This document shows positions 56,785 through 64,000 of a stretch of DNA of 64,000 bases, piece after piece. The stretch comes from Ascoidea asiatica JCM 7603 (lineage: Eukaryota > Fungi > Ascomycota): positions 2,389,880 through 2,453,879 of the forward strand of contig BCKQ01000001.1 in NCBI GenBank assembly GCA_001600695.1. Direction: 5' to 3'. How positions within the stretch are numbered: the stretch's first letter is position 1; each line of letters opens with the position of its first letter. The notes under the pieces are model-generated. The model did no database searches, was not told the DNA's origin, and saw nothing but the letters and a program-made list of their open reading frames with translations. The translations under genes were made by a program, and so were the position numbers.

Positions 56785-58422
56785 ATGCCTAAGGCAATTA
56801 AACCTCCTAGAGCTACATTAGAGCAGAAAATACGAATATTGGATTATTATAAAGCATCTAATAAACCTCAAAGTGAAACTGTTGAAGCTTTCAAGGATAA
56901 ATTTGCAATTTCTACTTCAAGTTTGAGTGAATGGGTTAAAAATGAAGTAGAACTAAGACAGAGATATAAAGAAGCCGGAATTCATGGTAGACAAGGTAAA
57001 AGGAAAGTTAGATACAAGTATGAAACTATAAATAAGGATATGGATGCATTTGTGGAACAGCGTAAAGAAAATAATCAACCAATAAATGAACCGGTTTTAA
57101 GAGAACAATGGTCTTTGCTAGCTCATAAATATGGTGTTCAAGATACAAAAAGATTGAATTGTTTCTCACATGGATGGTTAAGCCAATTCAAGAAAAGGCA
57201 TGGTCTAGATAAAAAATCAATAATTATTCCTGATGAGAATGAATCTATAACAAATGAAAATTTGACTGAAAACGAAACAACACTTAAAAACCAAAGTATT
57301 GATGGAAATGATAGTAATAATATACTCCTCTCTCCATCTATTCATTCTAATACTTCTTCTCCTATTAATGAGAATTCTATACATAATTCAGAATATCATT
57401 CATTGAACCCTGAAATTAGCTCCAGGTTACCAAGAAACTCAAATACAGTTTCTAATATGAATGAAAATTCTTTGCAGAATGGAGCTTCTTTCCAAGTTCA
57501 AGCTTCGCATCAACTCCAAAATGATTCACTAACTAAGGCACGATCCCAAAATCCAAACCAAAATTCATCTATGAACTCAATTCCAAATAATATTCCCCAA
57601 AGTCAGTCAACTAATTCTAATGGCCCTCTTCAAATCTCCACTCCGGATCCACGCCATGGAGATGACCGATTTATGGCCCAAAATTATCCTTTATTAATGA
57701 ATAATATTCCTAACAACAATCTAAACCCAAATGCAAATAACAATGCAAACACTACAAATGTAAATTCAATTTCAAATTCAAATTCTAACACTACTTCTAA
57801 TTCAAATTCGAATGTGAATCCCAATATAAATACTCATTCAAATACTAATATGGCATCGACAATAAATAACAACGTATCCAACAATGCCAATAATGTTAAT
57901 AAAAATAGTAATGGAAACTCAGTCATTGTCCTCAATTCTAGACCTCAAATGTCGCAAAATTCCATGCCATATCCTACTAATGCTGATTCTTCGAATTTGA
58001 TTAGATATGACGGACAAATGAATCAGCAAGTAATAAGATCATCTTCTTATATACCCTTTCAAAGTTTTCCTAATCAGCGGCAGCAATCTCAACAACAGCA
58101 ACAACAACAACAGCTACATCAACAACAAATTCAACAGCAGATGCATTCTCAACATCAACAGCAGAATCAAATACAATCCCAACAGCAGATGCAGCAACTA
58201 CAACCCTATTCTCCTGGGTATGATATAAAGCCTGCCTTTATAGATCGTTTTATTACCCATTGGGCCACTTTGTTTTTCGAGAGAAATATCAATGATTTTC
58301 CTCAATCTAAAAAAACTTTTGAAATGTTCAAAAATGTTTTTAGAGATGAAATGTTACAATTAGATGAAAAAAATGGGAAATTAAACCCTGTTGACAAATT
58401 TTTCATGTCAGAGTTTCATTGA
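56785..58422 (+). CDS. CENP-B/Tc5-type HTH DNA-binding protein lacking the DDE domain; probable domesticated pogo-like transcription factor
   Basis: Tandem HTHs RATLEQKIRILD...ISTSSLSEW and KYETIN...FSHGWLSQFKKRHGL, then an N/Q-rich region and a short helical C-terminal domain. No DDE core and no TIRs seen. Confidence 0.8.
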   Translation: MPKAIKPPRATLEQKIRILDYYKASNKPQSETVEAFKDKFAISTSSLSEWVKNEVELRQRYKEAGIHGRQGKRKVRYKYETINKDMDAFVEQRKENNQPINEPVLREQWSLLAHKYGVQDTKRLNCFSHGWLSQFKKRHGLDKKSIIIPDENESITNENLTENETTLKNQSIDGNDSNNILLSPSIHSNTSSPINENSIHNSEYHSLNPEISSRLPRNSNTVSNMNENSLQNGASFQVQASHQLQNDSLTKARSQNPNQNSSMNSIPNNIPQSQSTNSNGPLQISTPDPRHGDDRFMAQNYPLLMNNIPNNNLNPNANNNANTTNVNSISNSNSNTTSNSNSNVNPNINTHSNTNMASTINNNVSNNANNVNKNSNGNSVIVLNSRPQMSQNSMPYPTNADSSNLIRYDGQMNQQVIRSSSYIPFQSFPNQRQQSQQQQQQQQLHQQQIQQQMHSQHQQQNQIQSQQQMQQLQPYSPGYDIKPAFIDRFITHWATLFFERNINDFPQSKKTFEMFKNVFRDEMLQLDEKNGKLNPVDKFFMSEFH

Positions 58423-58635
58423 TTTTAGCTTGAGCAATTCTATATATATTATATTGTTTTTAAGGCCTACATATATTATTCTAACAATCGTAATAAATTT
58501 ACTATAATAAGCTTGCTCCACACTTTACTTCAAAAGTTTTAAGTGCTTATAAGTTTTTGTTTTCAAATAATAATAACCTTTTTTATAATTCATTTCCGAA
58601 TTCAATATGCAATCTTCGAGATCAGGCACGGCTGA

Positions 58636-59899
58636 TTAATCCTCTAATCCTGATCCTGATCCTGATTCTGATTCTGATTCTGATTCAGATCCTGATTCAA
58701 CCTCAGAGTCGGATCCGGATCCTGATTCAGAAGAATCTTGAAAGTCTTCATCTTCTTCGACATTATCACTATCATCATCGACATTTTCATGAAAGTCATT
58801 GTTGGAAATACCATTAGCAGTCTCTAAATCACTATCTTTATTTCCGTTAATATTTTTTTGATATATAGGCTTAGCTTTTAGCTCATCTACCATTGATTTA
58901 TCTTCAACTGCCTTGGATTTGATATAATTATCAATTTTTGAAAATTCTTCTTGGTCAATCATGCTAAACTCAACTTTTTCTTCATCCTCTAAAATCAAAG
59001 TTATGTTAAATGTAACTCTTGTAATGGACGAATATTGAATGGAAGTTATATCTTTCGAATTAAAAATTAAAATGGGCTTTTTGAAACCAAAAATTATAAA
59101 ATCATGTAAAAAATATAAAACACCTTCCTTATTTTTTCTATGAGCAATTATATGAAACGAGTTTGTATTATCATCAAAAGCTCTAATTTTGAATCCAGTT
59201 AGATAAGCTTGTTTGATTAAAAAGTTTCTATAGTAGATTTCTTTTTGAGTTGCATTATCTATAGTTACTTGAGATATATAGTCAGATTTAACTAGGTCTT
59301 TAGTAATAGATTGTTTGTTAATGCTTAAAAGTATAGGATCATTATTAAACTTATTAAGATAATTTTTTTTATAGAAAATTGCCAAATAATCCAAATTTTT
59401 TTTTTCTGGTACTGGTAAAAAACCACTAAAATATATATTCTCAGGATTTAAATCTGAAATAATTAATTCAGCTTGTTGTGTTTGAGAATTATTAAAATCT
59501 GTGGAAATAGCCAAAAATGGTAACTCTGTTTTGGAGTTTATTGCAAAAATCAAATTCATTTTTTTTCTTAGCGGAGATTGAAAAGATAGTTGAGACAATT
59601 TGAGAATTATCAAAGAGGGATCGATTAAAGGAAAAATCTCTTCAGTATTTTCATTGAGTTTTCGCTTTTTAGTAAAATTTTCATTATTATTGTTGTTGAT
59701 AGAAGAATTGAGATTGATTGTAGATAAATAGTCATAAAACTCCTCAAATACTTCTTCTAGCTCAGGTTTTTGATCTTAATGTAAAATTGTCAGTAAGCTT
59801 CGAAATTTAATAAATATTTACTTCTTATTTTTTTTACTTACTTATTGAATTTAATATTTTTTCCTTTAAAACTAAAGGTAAATCGTCTGTAAAAGACAT
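58636..59899 (-). CDS. RTT106: Histone chaperone Rtt106, two exons complement(join(58636..59774,59842..59899)), 398 aa
   Basis: LSFQSPLRKK, FLPVPEK, AHRKNKEGVLYFL..IIFGFKKPIL, SITRVTFN, EFSMIDQ and an acidic tail. Splicing gives MSFTDDLPLVLKEKILNSINQKPELEEVF in frame. Confidence 0.92.
59775..59841 (-). other. RTT106 intron (67 nt)
   Basis: GTAAGT donor (59841), TACTGAC branch (59795-59789), AAG acceptor. Restores the frame. Confidence 0.85.
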
Positions 59900-60184
59900 T
59901 TTGAAAAGAAAAAAAAAAGACTTTGTTTTTTCAAATTCAAATTTATTTTAAATATTGATAGTCACCACTAATGTACAGTTTTCTTAATTATTTAACATAT
60001 TCTGAACATTTGGCTAACTGAAAACAAAATATTAAACTGAATCAGAAAAAAAAAATATGGTTTCTAACTTAAAAAATGATCAAGCTTTCAAAACTTTCCA
60101 AAATAGTATAACTCTTTCCTAAAAACCCTGCTTTTAAATATTTATAATTATGCTTTTTATTTGAATGAGGTTTGATATGAGAAA

Positions 60185-60255
60185 ACGCGTAAATGTTTTG
60201 TAAATCAATATTTTTCTTTTTATCTTTTCTTATTTTCATATTTCAAGTGACGCGT
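60185..60255. promoter_or_regulatory. Two MCB elements upstream of RTT106
   Basis: ACGCGT at 60185-90 and 60250-55 in very AT-rich DNA, consistent with G1/S (MBF) control. Confidence 0.65.
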
Positions 60256-60523
60256 TTTTTGGCTTTCTGCAAGAAATAGTAGACGGTCTCTCTACAAACT
60301 GAATTTTTGTTGGAGAACAATTCATAATTTAGAACATAACTAACTATATTATTTTCGAAAATAAATTATAATTTTTTAGGATGTCTACAATATCATCGGT
60401 TAATGGTTTATTATTACCGTCTATATTTATTTATTAAAGGGTAATACTAAAGGCTCGTGATAAATGAATATTAATATTGAAAAAGTGATAATCTGCTTTG
60501 GTTATGTTTTAATTTCTATTTAC

Positions 60524-61585
60524 TTAATCTAAAGCATTAATGATAGCTTTTGTAAATTCTTCAGTTGAGGCATTACCACCAATATCTTTAGTTGTATGCT
60601 CGCCCTTTTCAATAACTTCATAAGTTGCGTTTGATAATCTTTCAGCAGATTCGTTGAAGCCCAAATGTTTCAATAATAAAGAAGAAGATAGAATTAAAGA
60701 AGTTGGATTTGCAACATTTTTACCTTTAATATCTAAACCAACATGTCTACAACCAGGCTCAAAAATAGCATATTCTCTACCAAAACTTGCACCAGGTACT
60801 AAACCTGGACCACCGATTAAGCCAGCACCTATATTTGAAAGAATAGTACCATATAAATTTGGAGTAACTAATACATCAAATTGCTGAGGATTTGAAACAC
60901 ATTGCATTGAAGCATTATCAACAATCATATCATTAACAGTAATACCTGAATAATCTTGACCAATTTCTTTAACAGTATTTCTAAATAAACCATCTGCTAA
61001 TTTCATTATATTTGCTTTATGAATTGCAGTTACTTTACTTCTATGATTTTTAAGAGCATAATCAAAAGCAAATTTTGCAATTCTTTCACATTTATATTTA
61101 GTTACAATTTTTAAACTTTCAACAACACCAGGAACAGATTGATGCTCTAAACCTGAATATTCAGCTTCAGTATTTTCTCTAATTAAAACCATATCAATAT
61201 CTTGCATTCTAGTTTTAATACCAGGAATATTTTTAATTAAAGCTATCGAAGCATAAATATCTAATTCTTTATTAACTAAATCATTGAAAGAAGAATGACT
61301 TGAAGCTGTTGAAGAAGTAAACCAATTTGTTTTTAATGCAACTTTATTTCTTTTAACTGAATCAAGTGCTACTTTTAAATCAGAATGATCATCAAAACCA
61401 GAAATTTTTATAGTTTCAAATTCAATTGGTAAATTCATAATTTTAAAAATATCAGTAACGGACTTGGAAATTTCTTCACCTATACCATCACCAGGAATTA
61501 AAGTGATAGTCTGATTTGATTTGACAGCTGTAGCCATCGATCTTGAAGCATTGACAATACAATTTTTTGAAGAAGTAGAAAACAT
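60524..61585 (-). CDS. IDH1: NAD-dependent isocitrate dehydrogenase regulatory subunit 1
   Basis: TLIPGDGIG, IRENTE.EYSGLEH.SVPGVVESLK, HKANIMKL.DGLF, VDNASMQ, YGTILSN (T/N of the non-catalytic subunit) and FEPGCRHVGLDI. Confidence 0.95.
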   Translation of the reverse strand: MFSTSSKNCIVNASRSMATAVKSNQTITLIPGDGIGEEISKSVTDIFKIMNLPIEFETIKISGFDDHSDLKVALDSVKRNKVALKTNWFTSSTASSHSSFNDLVNKELDIYASIALIKNIPGIKTRMQDIDMVLIRENTEAEYSGLEHQSVPGVVESLKIVTKYKCERIAKFAFDYALKNHRSKVTAIHKANIMKLADGLFRNTVKEIGQDYSGITVNDMIVDNASMQCVSNPQQFDVLVTPNLYGTILSNIGAGLIGGPGLVPGASFGREYAIFEPGCRHVGLDIKGKNVANPTSLILSSSLLLKHLGFNESAERLSNATYEVIEKGEHTTKDIGGNASTEEFTKAIINALD

Positions 61586-62084
61586 TGCTAAAATATAATT
61601 TATAAAGTTTGGATTTTTTCAGTTGAAAATAATTTATACTGTGAATTGAAATTATAGTATAATTATATTGGAACTATATTGGAACTATATTGGAGATATA
61701 TGAAATGTTGAAACAATAATATAATGTGATATTAACCGTTAGAATATTCTAAAAGAAAAAAAAACAAAGACAATAACCAAAAGCTAGATAAAAAAAATAA
61801 AAGGAAAAAAAGAATGTTTTTATAATAGTGATGGTGTACAAATAATATGCTCAGTTAACTAGAATGATATTTTTTCGAAAACGAGGTATTAATTGTTGAA
61901 TCAATGAACATTTTGAAATTTAAACTGTGATCTGAAATGGAAAATACTTAAATGCAGAAGCTTCAATTCCTATGTAATAAGATATGATAAATCTCTCAGA
62001 ATCTCTCAGAAAATGAATTCTAAAAAGATTGATTTGGATAAGCCGAAAATAAAGACCAAAAGAGAAAAATGAAAAAAAAATATG

Positions 62085-62490
62085 TAAAGCGATCCGGAAA
62101 AGGGTGTTGGGCTTGTCAAATCGATTCGCCGCTGAAGTTTGAAATTAAGCAATTAAGCTTCTTACGTAATCTGCTGACGTAAGCGCCATTTACAAATTAT
62201 TATTATAATATGAGCGCGTTTTCAAAAGGTGCAAGATCAAGAGAATCGTTTCAAAGTGCGTTTATCTGGTTTTAAGGATAGAAATTTATACCGGAATAGC
62301 CTAATTAACCGGATTAATTCGAAAGATTAGAATTATGTTCGAAATGGCCGGAACTGTGGGCGGAATTAGGTCTATCATTTAGAGAAAAGGGGTTTGGGGT
62401 CTATACTTGGACCAGCGCTCTTAATAATGCTGTATCTCCATCTATGAATTGTTTGGTTTCCAGCAACATAGCCGGCAATAAATTTAAAAT
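62085..62490. other. GC-enriched island with nested inverted repeats and CRE-like/CCGG motifs upstream of IDH1
   Basis: CTTACGT 62161-67/ACGTAAG 62177-83; AAATTTAT-CCGG 62282-94/CCGG-ATAAATTT 62472-85; ATAGCCTAATT 62296-306/AATTAGG(T)CTAT 62364-75; TTCGAA 62318/62338. Confidence 0.5.
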
Positions 62491-62640
62491 CTCGTGATTA
62501 TTGATTTTTAGATAGTGCAGTGCTCACGATGTCTGTCTACTTTAATTTTTTCAGATGGTTTAAGTTTACTAATGAGAATTTATTTATTTTATTGAATTTT
62601 TATTTTCAGAAATATCTATTTTCTGCTTAAGTAAATCTAA

Positions 62641-63100
62641 ATGAAATTTAATGGAATTACATCTTTCTAGCTTTTAGAAATAATTCAAATTCAAATTTAC
62701 TTTTAATAACCTTTAGTTTTCAATGCTTCATCATTTTCAAATTCTACTGTAAATTCAACAGAAAATTCAATTGAAGCTACTTCTGATTCAGATATTGCCA
62801 CTCAAGTTATTATTGAAGATATATTAGAAGATTTCAAAGGCTACTGCTGCCGATTCAACTGATTCAGTTATTGAAGCTACTATTACTGATTCTAATGGTT
62901 CAGTTGAATATATTACTTTTAAAGTCTATGAGCCCATCACAAGAATTATTTCAGTTTCTTTTTAAAAATCTTTTCAAACTTTAGCAACCAGTTATATTAA
63001 TTCTACTTTAACCACTGGTTAATAAATTGGGGTAGATCAAATTTATTATCCGGTTTACTTTTGGTTTGCTTAAGCTGTTATTGATAGATTTTATTAATAG
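62641..63100 (+). pseudogene. Disrupted gene for a Ser/Thr-rich, probably secreted protein
   Basis: MKFNGITSF*, then LVFNASSFSNSTVNSTENSIEATSDSDIATQVIIEDILEDF, a +1 frameshift near 62837 into KATAADSTDSVIEATITDSNGSVEYITFKVYEPITRIISVSF*, then further stops. Confidence 0.55.
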
Positions 63101-63239
63101 AAAAACAATAAACTAAGGTGGCAACTTGTAATGTAATATTATTTAGTTTATTTATCTATTTAATTAATTTCTTTTGTTGATTAAAATTTTTAATTTTCTT
63201 TTATTTTCTTAATTGAGTATTAGATCTTTTTTATGGTCA

Positions 63240-64000
63240 TTTCTATGAATTTTTATAAATCGTTATAATTATATACTCATTGCAAATATTGATAGTAGCC
63301 TTATCTGTGAATCTTATATGTTCAAATTATTTGTTAATTTCTTTATTCTTTTGAATTTTTATGTTATTCCTAATTATGAGATCCAATTTTGATTTAAAAA
63401 TCTGATTATTGGATTTTAATTTTTAAATTTCATTATTGTTTCTATTAAAATCATGAACTAACGCAAGTAGAGTAAATTCTAAACTTATATTGAATTCAAG
63501 TTCTTTTAAAACTTTATGACATTTTTTATTATATGATTGAAAATGTTTGTAATTCGAATCAACGTGCTCATCTAAATTTCAATCTTCAGTCGATTTAATT
63601 TCCGAAATGAAACCTTTGAACTTAATAGACCTATTTTCATGTCCGTATTTATTTTTATTATTTTTTTCTATTAATTTTACATCTGATATAGCTAAATGAA
63701 TAAAATGTGCCGTTTTTTGTTGATATGTTTTTGCAAATTCATTGGTATCATCAATTGAATGATGTTTATAACAATGATCATACCCATAATCAATTGATTT
63801 TTGGTTTAAATCCTTTGAATCTTTATAATACTTTAGGGGTCATTTCAATTGAATTAATATTTGGTTTGAAATTTAATAACTGAATTTGAGCTGCATTCAT
63901 ATCTAAATTGCCTACAAAATTGAAAACAGATTAACCAATTCTTTTGTAGAACCAATTTTTTAAGTATTATTGACAAACAATACTTTAAAATTGAAATTTC
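63240..64000 (-). pseudogene. Disrupted reading frame running off the window end
   Basis: An 84-codon stop-free stretch 63833-63582 (KYYKDSKDLNQKSIDYGYDHCYKHHSIDDTNEFAKTY...STED) is flanked by frameshifted or stop-interrupted coding-like segments. Confidence 0.45.

Noticed and set aside
56785-58422. Active pogo/Tc5 DNA transposon
   Set aside because: No DDE catalytic domain and no flanking terminal inverted repeats found.

Overview
This is a very AT-rich nuclear genome segment from a budding yeast (Saccharomycotina). The taxon is an inference; the AT richness and Asn-rich expansions would fit an Ascoidea-like lineage, but I could not confirm this. It contains 18 protein-coding genes. Recognisable ones are CLG1-type cyclin, CRZ1/CRZ2-type zinc finger, CYK3, COX5, VPS33, IES4, RHO3 (intron), YVC1, NST1, RHO2, SSB-type Hsp70, CMR2/DIP2, RTT106 (intron) and IDH1. 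Less certain ones are a probable greatly expanded VAB2, a CENP-B/Tc5 HTH protein with no DDE domain, and two paralogous long coiled-coil proteins of no recognisable family. There is also a likely 5'UTR intron in COX5, three decayed gene relics and many microsatellites. The most striking unexplained signal is in the intergenic DNA. Most promoter-side regions carry a 100-500 nt GC-rich island with nested, mutually compatible inverted repeats (up to 11 bp perfect, 14-16 bp with G-U pairs). The islands share no primary sequence, and the short convergent spacers lack them. This points to a family of structured RNAs or hairpin-forming DNA elements. Other leads are the proline-free, possibly membrane-anchored coiled-coil rod pair and an IDH1 that has lost the conserved regulatory-site arginine. 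All family assignments come from motif recall; no database search was run.
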